From the NCBI GenBank assembly GCA_951406725.2, contig OX597823.1, positions 80,104,001 through 80,168,000 of the forward strand: a DNA stretch of 64,000 bases, given 5' to 3'. This document shows, one piece after another, positions 27,344 to 40,675 of the stretch. The stretch is from Octopus vulgaris (taxonomy: Eukaryota). Position numbers and translations under genes: made by a program. The notes under the pieces are model-generated. The model saw only the letters and a program-made list of their open reading frames with translations, had not been told where the DNA came from and searched no databases. The first letter of the stretch is position 1. Each line of letters begins with the position of its first letter.

Positions 27344-27345
<2 letters not shown>
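27240..27345 (+). repeat. ~105-bp segment duplicated at 31104-31210 (possibly a Helitron-like 3' end)
   Basis: About two differences between copies; related GTGA(C/T)ACACTGA...CATTTAT ends also at ~31615-31660 and ~32941-33000. Confidence 0.7.
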
Positions 27346-27395
<50 letters not shown>

Positions 27396-28174
27396 GTATG
27401 TATGTACGTATGCATGTATGTATGTATGCATCCACAAACATACACACACATCATATGCTTGCCGTATAAAAATTTACAAATTACAAATATATCTACAAAT
27501 GTATATGACATGGACATGCACATTTTTCTTTCGCTTTTCTTTCTTTTCAGTTTGGTTCGCTGGAAGGTGCTGCGCCAAGATTCATCTCAGACAGTCCGAA
27601 ATCTGATCACATGCTTACACAAACAAGTAAACGCATACATACAGTTCTCGATACTTACACAAATATATGCAAATATATATATCAAACGCATACTTAACCG
27701 CAAAACATTTCAATTATCAGTCAGGATTAATTCTCTTGAAAGCCAAGGTTTCGTAACCGATCACCCGTACCGCGCTTCATATACACAGAGTCAAGTAAAT
27801 TTGCATAAAAACACCTTTCTATAATATGTAAGCATAAAGCTTCGAGCATGTAACCTGCTTCACATGTTGCCAGTGATATTCATTGAATGTCATATCAATT
27901 AACAATAAGAAGCTAAAAAAATTTCACGAGGAAAATGTTACAATGTTAGTCATATGGATCGTTTAACGAATTATAAGCCAGACACGTCGCTTTTCAGGTT
28001 TAGGTGGTATGTGTTTGTGAACAATAGCGCCGTTAGATATAGGGATCCAATAGGTCAGTCACCGGTTCATTGCACAGTGTTTTCCTTGCAAGTCAAGCGA
28101 CCACGTAACTGTTCCAGCTGCGATGTGTGATTGTGTACGAGTAAGTGTATAAATATATACACATGAACATATGC

Positions 28175-28239
<65 letters not shown>

Positions 28240-28353
28240 TACATACATACACGCATGCACATGCAGTTATATCTTGCAAAATTAAAGCTTAAATAAATCC
28301 CATGCATACATATGTAAAACACACACATACACACACACACACACACACACATG

Positions 28354-28386
<33 letters not shown>

Positions 28387-28844
28387 TTGCGTGTGTAGAT
28401 CTAGACATATACACATATAATCCAAAAGAAGGCAAAGAGAGTGTCCGGCGCCATTTCACGCAAAAGTTACATGTGAATGTGCGTTATATGATTGTATGTG
28501 TATGTCTATATATGTGTATATTTATATGTGTATAAATATATATGTATGTCTGTCTGTATGGATGGATAGATGAATGGATCTTGGGATTGAATTAAACTTT
28601 TCTCTCACAGAATTTAAACCAGTTACAAACAACATGGCAAAGCTATTTTAACTCAAGGTAGCTCTTGGGATTTGTGGATAACTGGGTTGGATCGTGTGTA
28701 TATATTTGTGTGTGCATGTCACTTTCGTAAATAAGTGTGTATATTTGTGTGTGTGTATCTGTGTGCGTGTGTCTGTGTTTGTGTCTGTATCTGTGTGTGT
28801 GTGTGTTCCACATGTATATATGTTAGTACGCGTGTGTTTAGCGT

Positions 28845-29068
28845 GGAGGCGCGGAGATTTAGTGGATAGGATGTTGAACTCATGATCACAAAACTGCGGT
28901 TTCGATCCCTGGACCGGGTGATGCATTTTGTTCTTGAGCAAAACTCTTCATTTGACGTCCCCCCCCTCCGGTCACTCAACTCGCAAAAATTAGTATTCTT
29001 GCAACGGACTGACGTCCTATCCAGTGGGGAGTATATACACCAAAGGGTCCAGGAAACCGGTCCTATGA
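28845..29068 (+). mobile_element. SINE family C, diverged
   Basis: GGAGGCGCGG head, GGTTTCGATCCC, TTCTTGAGCAAAA, GGACTGACGTCCTATCCAG tail. Confidence 0.75.
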
Positions 29069-29389
29069 ATCTATATAACTGGTGACGGAGCTTTATCTTT
29101 ATGTGTTCGCCTAGATACCTCAAATGGAGAATCCCTGGAATGTTTCACAAAAATTTCACTGCACCACTAATCAATCATAGTTGAAGAATGTTCATCAGTT
29201 TGTACTATTCTGTTTTGAAGAAACCAGTATTTCTAAATTATACTGTTATGTAGACCAGTGCACTTACGTTAATAGGCACAAATAAAAAATATCTAACCGG
29301 ACTATAAGGGCTGTAAGTTGCTCATTAGCTCTACATAGATGGTCATTTTTTCCTCAGCTTTGATACGACGCGCAGTTACGCGAAAATGA

Positions 29390-29550
29390 GAAGGATCTGG
29401 TTTTTCACACCTGCCCCAAAATTTCATTTTAAAAATAAACAATCACATCATCGAAACCTTACAACTACAAGATAATGCATGATTAATTCAAAACAATGCG
29501 AATAAATAAGCATTACAGTTGACAGAGAAATTGTAACGCTAAAGGGTTAA
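29390..29550. mobile_element. Single end of a piggyBac-type MITE
   Basis: Ends GCTAAAGGG|TTAA; no matching left end found. Confidence 0.35.
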
Positions 29551-30245
29551 GTATAACTTTTTTTATTCTCATTTGTCACATAGAACACTGCGAATAGGGA
29601 TCCGAGAGAAGAATCCATAGCCACGTCATTCCACCATGAACAAGAACTCAGCCAACGAAAACGAGACGTATTTGTGTGGTCATAAATTGCAGCTTCCATG
29701 GTTAAATTGAACTTTGTGTATTACATTGTCGGAAGTACGTTCTGCGGTTTTGCTTGTTTGCGATTTCGTATTCATAAAAGCTTTCATTCAGATACTTTTG
29801 AAAAGACAATAGAAATGTTTTAAAGTTGTTTCCGGGCACATTCGGTGGTTTTATTAAAGGATGTGTACATACCTTATCCAACATCATGCCAATATGTTGT
29901 ACTGCAGGAACTTTGGCTAAAAGACTTTCGGCATTTTTATATTTACTATAACGCCCAGTGAAATTAGCTTAAAGCATTTAGTTCAGCTTATCTCCAAACA
30001 AATAAGCTCTACTCACACACTGTTAGTACATAAACAGTCATTGCTGTATGTATATGTATGTGTGTATACATTACGCTATTTTGGGATTTAATACACTGAG
30101 ATTGCTATGTACGTAATTAGAGTGGAGTGTGTTTAATTTAGATAGCAACTTCCAGTCGACATCATCACCATCATCATTGTTTTCATCGTCGTTATCGTTG
30201 TTGTTGTTGTTTTCGTCATCATCATTATCATCATTACCACATAAT

Positions 30246-30460
30246 GCGGCAAGCTGGCAGAATCGTCAACACACCGGGCGAAATGCTTAGCGGCATTTCA
30301 TCCGTCCTTACGTTCTGAGTTCGAATTCCGCCGAGGTCGACTTTGCCTTTCATCCTTTCGAAGTCGATGAAATAAGTACCAGTGGATCACTAGGGTCGAT
30401 GTTATCGTATAGTCCCCTCCCCAACAATTTCATGACTTGTGCCTATAGTAGAAAGGATTA
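30246..30460 (+). mobile_element. SINE family A (alternative tail ending GAAAGGATTAT)
   Basis: A box TGGCAGAATCG, B box GTTCGAATTCC; tail shared with 56434-56650. Confidence 0.85.
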
Positions 30461-30837
30461 TCATCATTGCCACACCACCACCACCAACAGCACTTCATCA
30501 CCGTCGTCGTCGTCGTCGTCGTCATCACCACCACTACAACTACCACCACTGCCATCATCATTGGCCTAGTTTCGAGTCATCAGGCATAAACCCTTTTTTC
30601 CGTTTCAACATGGATGCACACCCTCGTTCAGAAAGGCTTGAATGCCATACATTCTCATCATCAATGTTTAGCAGACAAGAAATATATGCTCCAAAACCTT
30701 CCATCTTCCGCTTTCAGGCAAAAACCACTTATTGGATTTGTGGTAGATACGTAATATATCTCGAATCAGTGGATCTGCTTCCTCCAGTGTCATATCCCAA
30801 TTATAATCATAATCGTCGCAAAAAAAAAAAATTATGT

Positions 30838-31104
30838 GAAAAAATCGCCGAAAACAATTGCAGTAATGAAAACATAGGGATCCAAAATTTCAGGGCTGCA
30901 GATCCAGATTCGGCCGGAATGTTTTTAATTTACTCACAGATTTGGCCTTTATATTATAAAAACTGTTATCGTACAAAAAATTTACCTCAAAAAGTCACGT
31001 AAAAAAAATTGCCGCAAACAGTCACAGTAATGAAAAGTTAGAAATTCAAAATTTCAGGATTGTGGGTTCAGATTCGGCCCGGAATGTTTTTAATTTATCT
31101 ACAG
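30838..31104 (+). repeat. Two diverged direct repeats (~100 bp, period ~165)
   Basis: CAGTAATGAAAA...CAAAATTTCAGG...CAGATTCGGCC(C)GGAATGTTTTTAATTTA occurs twice. Confidence 0.75.
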
Positions 31105-31214
31105 TGTCAGCCTGATTCAAAATGGTATGATAACTACGGCCTCTAGTTGAAAAACTGTAACACACTGACATTCGCATTTATCATATTATATTATATTTTA
31201 TTATATCATATTAA

Positions 31215-31608
31215 GGCGGCGAGCTGGCAGAATCGTTAGCACGCCGGGCAAAATGCTTAGCGGTATTTCGTCTGCCGCTACGTTCTGAATTCAAATTCCG
31301 CTGAGGTCGACTTTGCCTTTCATCCTTTCGGGGGTCAATTAAATAAGTACCAGTTACACACTGGGGTCGATATAATCGACTTAATTCGTTTGTTTGTCCT
31401 CTCTGTGTTTAGCTCCTTGTGGGTAGTAAAGAAATAGGTATTTCGTCTGTCGTAAAGTTTTGAGCTCGAATTCCGCCGAGATCAACTTTGCCTTTCATCC
31501 TTTCGGGGTTGATAAAATTAGTACCAGTTATGTACTGGGGTCGATGTAATCAACTTAATCCACCCCCCATTCCAATCTGAGACCTTGTACTTCCAGTAGG
31601 AAGGATTT
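31215..31608 (+). mobile_element. SINE family A, dimeric
   Basis: One head, two bodies, junction GTAAAGAAATAGGTATTTCGTCTG at ~31426-31449. Confidence 0.9.
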
Positions 31609-32024
31609 ATTAAAGTTGAAAAAGTGTGATACACTGACATACACATTTATTATACTAGATATGTTTAATTTTAGGGAAACTTTATTTCACTTAAAGTGTA
31701 TTTTGTGGATATGTGTGTGTGTGTGCGTGTGTGTAGTGTTAGAAATAGTGTAGAGATATTGAATATTGAGAAAAGAGGAGGACGCCAGAATTTTGGAAAA
31801 AGGATTTTTTTATTTAGTCATTATTATTAGCGCTTTCGTTGGTCTTCGACCTTGTCAATTATAATTGTGAATGTACAAACAGTTTGTTCATTTATATAAA
31901 TAAGGTGGTTTTTTAAATTTTGTTTAGAAGAGGAGGACATTGATTTTATTTTGGGTTTTTTTTTATGAGGTTCCAGGACAATGGAGATAGATAGACTGAC
32001 AGACAGACAGACAGACAGACAGAC

Positions 32025-32085
<61 letters not shown>

Positions 32086-32986
32086 TGCTTCTTTACTAGC
32101 CACAAAGGAAACAAATTACAAAATAGTGCTTTTTTGGGGGGGGGGAGAAAAAAAGGGGTCGTAGGTTTTCGATCATAAGGGATCGCAAAAAAGAAAGAAA
32201 ACAGAAAAATACGATCAATAGGGATCGTGTATCACAGAAATGTCATGATGCAAAGTGTAAAGGGGCAAGTAGATAAGGTTTATCCGCGGAAAGAAAAACC
32301 TACGGAAAAGACCACGGTATCATGTTATAAATACTGGGGCAGAATTGGGGCAGGGACATGTTTCGCCATGATAGCTCGCTAGCCACTACACATACTATAT
32401 TTTCTCTCCTTGTTTCTTTCTGTGTTCCTTTCTGTGGAAGAGCGTAGGCTCGAAACGTTAAAGACTTTTGCACATACCGAGCGTTATACTAATTCATCTG
32501 TTTGCTGTATACACCACCTGTCTTCGTCTTTTGTTTTTTTCTGAATTCTCCCTATACATATATGTGTGTGTGCGTATGTATGTATGTATGTATGTATGTA
32601 TGTATTAAAGAAAGCAAAAAATAAAACAAAATAGTTTTCAGTACGTCGACAGGAATTTCTGTCAAAGTTGAGCATCATTTCCCTGTTTCTCTCACATACT
32701 TATTCTCCCCCTCTCTCCCTTTTATTATTACTCCCACTGCCACTATCAACTCTGCTACTTTTAATAAGACATCATCAACTCTCCCTAAATTTCTTTGTCT
32801 CTCTTTCTCTCCCTCTCTTTTTATTCCTCTCTCTCTCTCTCTGTCTTCACCCTCGCCTTCACCGTCTCTATGCCTACTATTACTTTCGCCCCATCATGAG
32901 GAATAGTAGGAGTGTCATTGAACAGTGAGAGAGGGGGTCTAAGCGTGACACACTGATACACAGAAATTAGTCTTCGCATTTATTAC

Positions 32987-33023
<37 letters not shown>

Positions 33024-33030
33024 CTAATAC

Positions 33031-33090
<60 letters not shown>

Positions 33091-33150
33091 GTTTGTGTGT
33101 GTGCTTGTGTATCTGTGTGTTTGTGTGTGTGTGTATTTGTGTGTGTATAT

Positions 33151-33711
33151 GCGATGATTTTTGTTAAGCAGCGTCGATTTTTACAATTCTGTAAATAATA
33201 ATAGTATTTTATAAGCTTAAAACGAAATGACTAAAAACAATAGTCTAATAATGGGGCATAAAAGCCCTCAAAGAGGTATAAAAGTATGGGACACGAACCA
33301 ATACCTCTGTGTTTTCGTCGCAAGTGTGCTAGTCAATTACACCAACCTACAACTACGCTTCTTTCCGTCACATTTTAGACCTATAATTAGTTCGTAGTGT
33401 TGTTGTTGTAAACAAACTTTCATGTAAACAAACTGTGTAAACAAACTTTCATTATAAACAAACTTTTTACTGCGATGGTTTTTGTTAAGCAGCGTCGATT
33501 TTTACAACTCTGTAAATAATAACAATAATAATATTTTATAAGCTTAAAGCATATAGCGACCACCGCACCATGACTAAAGAAAATAGTCTAATAATTGGGC
33601 ATATAAGCCCCATGTGTATGGAAAAGCCTACTTTTTTTCTGTAGAGGGCTTATATGTCGCATTATAGACTTTCTTTAGTGATCGCTTGTAAGCTTTAAGC
33701 TCATAAAGTAC

Positions 33712-33720
<9 letters not shown>
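33151..33720. repeat. Direct plus inverted repeat cluster (foldback-like)
   Basis: 33151-33266 is similar to 33472-33610; ~33640-33720 is the reverse complement of the distal part of that unit. Confidence 0.7.
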
Positions 33721-33766
<46 letters not shown>

Positions 33767-33850
33767 GTTATTATTATTATTATTATTATTATTGTTGTTG
33801 TTGTTATTATTATTATTATTATTATTATGATCATTATTATTATTATTATT

Positions 33851-34105
33851 TTAGAAAGGATCGAGATAACTGCTGCTGAAGATATATAGTCAAAATTAAA
33901 AGAAGAGTGCCATTGCTATCTAGCACTCTTCTTTTAATTTTGACTCTATATCTTCAGAAGGAGTTACCTCAATTCTTTCTATATTAACCAAAATGAAGTA
34001 GATTTACAAATTTATTGTTTGAACCAATTGAAGACACACAAGATGTGGAAATATCGTTCACTAGATAACAATGACACTCTTCTTTTAATTTTGATATCAT
34101 TATTA

Positions 34106-34170
<65 letters not shown>

Positions 34171-34485
34171 GTTGTTGTTGTTGTTATTATTATTATTATT
34201 ATTATTATGATCATTATTATTATTATTATTTTAGAAAGGATCGAGATAACTGCTGCTGAAGATATATAGTCAAAATTAAAAGAAGAGTGCCATTGCTATC
34301 TAGCACTCTTCTTTTAATTTTGACTCTATATCTTCAGAAGGAGTTACCTCAATTCTTTCTATATTAACCAAAATGAAGTAGATTTACAAATTTATTGTTT
34401 GAACCAATTGAAGACACACAAGATGTGGAAATATCGTTCACTAGATAACAATGACACTCTTCTTTTAATTTTGATATCATTATTA

Positions 34486-34537
<52 letters not shown>

Positions 34538-34871
34538 CATTATTATTATTATTATTGTTGTTGTTATTGTTGTTATTATTATCATTATTATTATGATCGT
34601 TATTATTATTATTATTTTAGAAAGGATCGAGATAACTGCTGCTGAAGATATATAGTCAAAATTAAAAGAAGAGTGCCATTGCTATCTAGCACTCTTCTTT
34701 AAATTTTGACTCTATATCTTCAGAAGGAGTTACCTCAATTCTTTCTATATTAACCAAAATAAAGTAGATTTACAAATTTATTGTTTGAACCAATTGAAGA
34801 CACACAAGATGTGGAAATATCGTTCACTAGATAACAATGACACTCTTCTTTTAATTTTGATATCATTATTA

Positions 34872-34927
<56 letters not shown>

Positions 34928-35379
34928 GTTGTTGTTGAGTAAGAGAGCAGTGCATGCCATCAAAGTGACACTGGGGTAAAATATACGAAGCCCAGTATAC
35001 CCATCATGACTACCCGTCTGATAAGGGTACACCAGGCAAATGCATCACAACCATATGTGCGCGACATGGTGATCTCATATCAAGATAAACAGCATATGAC
35101 CTTGCAGGTGGGGCCCAGTTAGAATTTTCTTCAGATCGAGTAACCCATCCCGCTCAAAAGGTCCCTGAATAAGGGTTGTTTAAGGATGTTGAACGAAACA
35201 CCCATGTTTCCAGAGGTGAATTATTCAAACCCCAAAGAATCCTCCTCAACACATGGCTATGATGCTCCCCCACTACTTCTGCTCGTGATCAGAGATGCAC
35301 ATATCGTCAGCCACTAAGGGACATGCTCAACTGGTTAAGGTCAAACAACTGACAAGCAAATCTGTGGTATTGAGCAGAA

Positions 35380-35439
<60 letters not shown>

Positions 35440-35705
35440 GATCATTATTATTATTATTATTTTAGAAAGGATCGAGGTAACTGCTCCTGAAGATATAGAG
35501 TCAAAATTAAAAGAAGAGTGCCATTGCTATCTAGCACTCTTCTTTAAATTTTGACTCTATATCTTCAGAAGTAGTTACCTCAATTCTTTCTATATTAACC
35601 AAAATGAAGTAGATTTACAAATTTATTGTTTGAACCAATTGAAGACACACAAGATGTGGAAATATCGTTCACTAGATAACAATGACATTCTTTTTTTAAT
35701 TTTGA

Positions 35706-35777
<72 letters not shown>
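33851..35777. repeat. Four-copy tandem array (~380-bp unit: hairpin + spacer + (ATT)n)
   Basis: Units start at 33851, 34231, 34617 and 35462 (TTAGAAAGGATCGAG); the third unit is expanded by a family-F insertion. Confidence 0.92.
34937..35380 (-). mobile_element. Non-coding retroposon family F inserted in (AAT)n
   Basis: Highly similar to 55796-56320 and, in part, 54511-54838; shared end CTCTCTTACTC abutting (AAC/AAT)n, variable opposite end. Confidence 0.8.
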
Positions 35778-35779
<2 letters not shown>

Positions 35780-35859
35780 GTGTATATATACATAAAATAT
35801 ATATATAATAATATAATATAATATATATATATATATATATTATATTAAATTAGAGATAA

Positions 35860-36340
35860 AACCACTATTAGGCAAATCAAACAATGAAAAACTTAAGCCA
35901 ATAAAATAAAATTAATTAATTTATATTATTTTAAATATATATCAAAAGTATTAAAAGTTTAATAAAAGATAATGAGTAGAACACTACGATCGTTTCATGG
36001 CTGTCCAATTCGTAATAATTCGAGTTATGGTTACAGTCAATCTTCAGGTAATTGAAATATTTATCTTAGCGAGGTTTAGCAATGAATTTATGGATTTATG
36101 GAGGATATATATATATATATCCTCCATAAATCCTAAATTTAATTTTGTTTTAAAATGTATGGGAGCAACTGTCTTTGAAGAGTCATATTGTCATTGAATG
36201 CTCGAAATGAGGAGTAGATAGTCAACCAACAAATGATGAAGGGTCGTTTCTCTGTGTTAACTTATCCTGTTCTCCATTTTTTCACGTTGTTTATGTATTT
36301 CATGTTATTTGCACCGTTGGCGACGTACTGTACCCATATA
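35860..36340. mobile_element. Penelope-like terminal relics in opposite orientation around a (TA)n-centred palindrome
   Basis: Minus-strand CTGAAGA-TTGACTGT...ACAGCCAT-GAAAC (36047-35992); ATTTATGGAGG(AT)nCCTCCATAAAT at ~36093-36131. Confidence 0.5.
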
Positions 36341-36401
<61 letters not shown>

Positions 36402-36777
36402 ATTATTAATAGTAGGGAAAATAAAATTTCGAGGCAACAGAGGAAAACAAACTTAGTTTAGTAATACTAAATCAAATTTCAGGATATATTACATATATCT
36501 AGAATTAAGAGACAGAACCTCCATAAAGTAATTCAATTAATAATGAAAGATATTATCTATAACAAAATATAAATTTAACTAAATTATTAATATTGTACTA
36601 AAAATTACTATACTAAATAATACACATTAAAACGACGACGCGTGTTCTTATATATACATGTATATTGTATGTATGTATGAGTATATATATTCTGAAAAGT
36701 GCCATTTTAACACGTCTTGCTATAACAATTACTCTGTTGGTAGTTTACTGCCTCAGAATTTTGTGTTAGAAGTTTAA

Positions 36778-36912
36778 ATGGAGGAAAATGAGATTCCTTT
36801 TCGTCATTTTATTTCAACTGAAAAAATAAAGCAAAACGCTGCAGACAGCAAAAAAATGATTTATATATGCAGATGATGTCATAGCTGAAAGGATGGTTCA
36901 GTGCATTTAAGG
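36778..36912 (+). pseudogene. mariner-type transposase N-terminal relic
   Basis: MEENEIPFRHF...KQNAADSKK and, after a frameshift, ADDVIAERMVQ resemble mariner HTH N-termini (HFRH...KNAA.A...YG...SER..Q.WF). Confidence 0.5.
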
Positions 36913-36922
36913 GTGAACATTT

Positions 36923-37015
36923 AGTTCTGAAATAGTTTGAGCGCGTGTGCGTGCGTGCGTGCGTGCGTACGTGTGTGTGTATTTGTGTTTGTGTGTTTGT
37001 GTTTGTGTGTGAGTA

Positions 37016-37075
<60 letters not shown>

Positions 37076-37655
37076 TGTGTGAGTGCGCGTGCGTGCATGT
37101 GTGTGTGTGCGTGTGTTTGTATGTGTGTATGTGTTTGCGTGTTCTGAAATAGTTTGAGCGCATGTGTGTGCGTGCGTAAAGTGTGTGTGTGTGTTTGTGT
37201 GCGTGTGTTTGTGTTTGTGTGTTTGTGTGTGTTCGTGTGTGAGTGCGCGTGCGTGCATGTGTGTGTGTGCGTGTGTTTGTATGTGTGTATGTGTTTGCGT
37301 GTTCTGAAATAGTTTGAGCGCATGTGCGTGCGTGCGTGCGTACGTGTGTGTGTGTGTGTGTTTGTGTGCGTGTGTTTTTGTTCGTGTGTTTGTGTGTGTT
37401 CGTGTATTTGTGTGTGAGTGTGCGTGTGTGCATGTGTTTGTGTGTTTGTATGCGTGTGTTTGTGAGTGTGTGTTTTTGTGTTTGTGTGTGTTTGTTTGCG
37501 TGTGTGCTTATGTGCGTGTGTTTGTGTGAGAGTGGGTGTGCGTGCGTGCGTGCGTGTGTGTTTGTGTGTGAGTGTGTGTGAGTGTGTGTGAGTGTGAGAG
37601 TGTATGTGCGTGCGTGTGTGTGTATGTGTGTGCGTGTGTTGCGTGTGTGTGTTGA
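36923..37655 (+). repeat. Complex (TG/CG) minisatellite with three copies of GTTCTGAAATAGTTTGAGCGC
   Basis: The 21-mer occurs at ~36923, 37141 and 37301, with duplicated TG-rich flanks. Confidence 0.85.
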
Positions 37656-37981
37656 ATAAATTCAATATTCTATATATTCAAGTATTTAATTATTCAGTGT
37701 GAATTATCTTGAAGACTGAGAGGATATCAGAACGTTTATTATTTGCTCTCATCGTTGTACATTTTCATGTTTTTGTCGTTTTTCAAGCGAAATTATCAAA
37801 ACGAATGATCGAGAAAGAAAAAGAACACGTGACTCGGGAATCCCAACTAACAACAGTATATTTTCATTGCAAGAAGACATAATATTCCAGCGCACTGCAT
37901 TAAGGGGTAAATGAAAAGCTTCGTCAGCCACCAAAGGAAATCGTTCTAGTGGCGGACGAGTTATTTTCACATTAGGTATCC

Positions 37982-38416
<435 letters not shown>

Positions 38417-38704
38417 TGGTCAGCGTTTTTATGAGTGGAAAAATAATCATTTTACAAGTTTCTATCATTAAGCTACATTGGACAATGTCGTCTGAGATAT
38501 ACTGGAAGATGAGATATATTTTACTTAAACTATCAGCTAATAAATGTGTTATATATGCTAGCATAATATGCTATATTACTTATATATACGCTATATTACT
38601 TATATATGTACTTATATATTCAAAAACATGCACACACACATATATACATGTATACATACACAGATACACACACATATATATATATAGACACATATATATA
38701 TAAA

Positions 38705-38934
38705 GGCGGCGAGCTGGCAGAAACGTTAGCGTGCCGAGCGAAATGCCTAGCGGTATTTCGTCTGTTGTTACGTTCTGAGTTCAAATTCCGCCGAGGTCGA
38801 CTTTGCCTTTCATCCTTTCGGGGTCGGTAAATAAAGTACCAGTTTCGAACTGGGGTCGATGTAATCGACTTAATCCCTTTGTCTGTCCTTGTTTGTCCCC
38901 TCTATGTTTAACCCCTTGTGGGCAGTAAAGAAAT
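38705..38934 (+). mobile_element. SINE family A, monomer
   Basis: GGCGGCGAGCTGGCAGAAACG head, GTTCAAATTCC, tail TTGTGGGCAGTAAAGAAATA. Confidence 0.9.
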
Positions 38935-39194
38935 ATATATATAGACACATACATACACACTATTTTATTGAAGCTGTAAAACGTTTCACAACCGTAACTC
39001 AGAGTTTCACGTGACTGTCCATCAGACAGTTGTAATACAGACTAATAAAATATAAATTTATAAACTGTGATTCTGTATAATGGTTTTTGGAGATCAATTC
39101 AACGAAAAAGCATTCAAAGTCATTTCAGCAACAACTTTTATAATAACGTTCTACAGAAGAACGAAAAAGGAATTGAAAAATATATGCTGCTGAT

Positions 39195-39479
39195 CGTGGG
39201 ATTGCACCTAGAAATTTACCCTCCCGGGCAAGGTTGTTTATGGAAGACCAGCAGTCACCCATGCATACCGGCCTCCCCTCTCCACGCCAAGGGAAAGGTA
39301 ACAGCAGATACAGCTTGGCACCAGTGATGTCGCAACTCATTTCTACAGCTGAGTGAACTGGAGCAACGTGAAATAAAGTGTCTTGCTCAAGAACACAACA
39401 CGCAGCCGCGGTCCAGGATTCGAACTCACAACCTCATGATCGTAAGTTCGACGCTCTAACCTCTGAGTCATGCGCCTTC
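39195..39479 (-). mobile_element. SINE family D
   Basis: tRNA-like head GAAGGCGCATGACTCAGAGG...GTTCGAATCC; homologous to 17655-17998. Confidence 0.85.
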
Positions 39480-40538
39480 ACATGCGCCTTCAAAATATAT
39501 GGTGAAAAATATATAATCAGTAATCGAATCGGAAAACATTATATGAAAAAATATAGTATTATATTCTGCTTTAATTACTTGCAACTTAGTAGGGACATTG
39601 CCTGTCTTAATTCTGTTTACTTTTTTCAATCGTACCTACAGTGAATATCTTCTTTATGTAAAATTTTTCGATTCATCTATTGTTTATATTGTTTTATTTT
39701 GCTAATAAACACACGCACAGTTCTTTCGTCACGCATTTTGTGATCTCTTCAACGACTCTCTATTTTCTGTGTCTTCTCTTTTCCCTGATCTTGTCCTGCC
39801 TATTCTTATTTATATATTTTCCTGTTAGGGTCAGTCTCCCTTTTATCCTTCTGCGCAACATTATTTTCAAAGTACTTTCAAAGTAGTACCCTATCAGTTT
39901 TAAATCCTTATTCGTTGAATTGTTATCCATAAACATTTATTTATATTCACACTTTCTGAAACTATTTTTAATAGTCTGTATCATGAAAAAGTCTGATGAA
40001 CGTTTGCGAGAAACAGAGAGTAACAGTTTCTGAAAGTCTTTTCGGTTTCAACAGTATAGTACATTACTATAACTTTGGTATTTGAATGCTATTTTCCCAC
40101 CTGATTTGACTTGCACCTTAGGCTTATTTACACAGACACACACATACACACACACACACATACACACACGCACTCATACATTGTGAGTGAGAGAGATGTA
40201 CATTTGAATTTCTGAACAAGAGTAAAAGTACTGAATGGGGAACACATACATAATAATTAAGTATATGCTTATATACATACACACACATACTTACACACAT
40301 ACATACATACAAACGCACACGCAACCCTCCCATCAACAAACATAAATATGTAGTATTAGCCTAACATGTCATGATTCCACAAAGTACATTCTCGTCAAAG
40401 GCAAACAGTCTACAAAGAATCAAAGTATAGTATTACATATATCTTATACAGAAGGTGTAGATAAACAGATTGATATACAGGTAAATGGAAAAGATATCAA
40501 TAAATGGAAGAACAAATATGTGTGTGTATGAGAGTGTA

Positions 40539-40597
<59 letters not shown>

Positions 40598-40675
40598 GTG
40601 TGTGTGTGTGTGGCAGGTGATGCCAGTGAGACGTTCAAAACAATATTCACTGCCAAGGTGCGAAAGTCGTTTACC

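Noticed and set aside
30439-31002. 187-aa ORF
   Set aside because: Starts inside a SINE tail and runs through simple repeats and a repeat unit; no domain-like content.
33851-35777. CRISPR-like repeat-spacer appearance
   Set aside because: Repeats are ~245 bp, spacers are microsatellites, no cas genes, eukaryotic context.
39405-39479. tRNA gene (also the other SINE heads)
   Set aside because: A/B boxes are present but the sequence continues into SINE bodies; no convincing full cloverleaf or T-run terminator.
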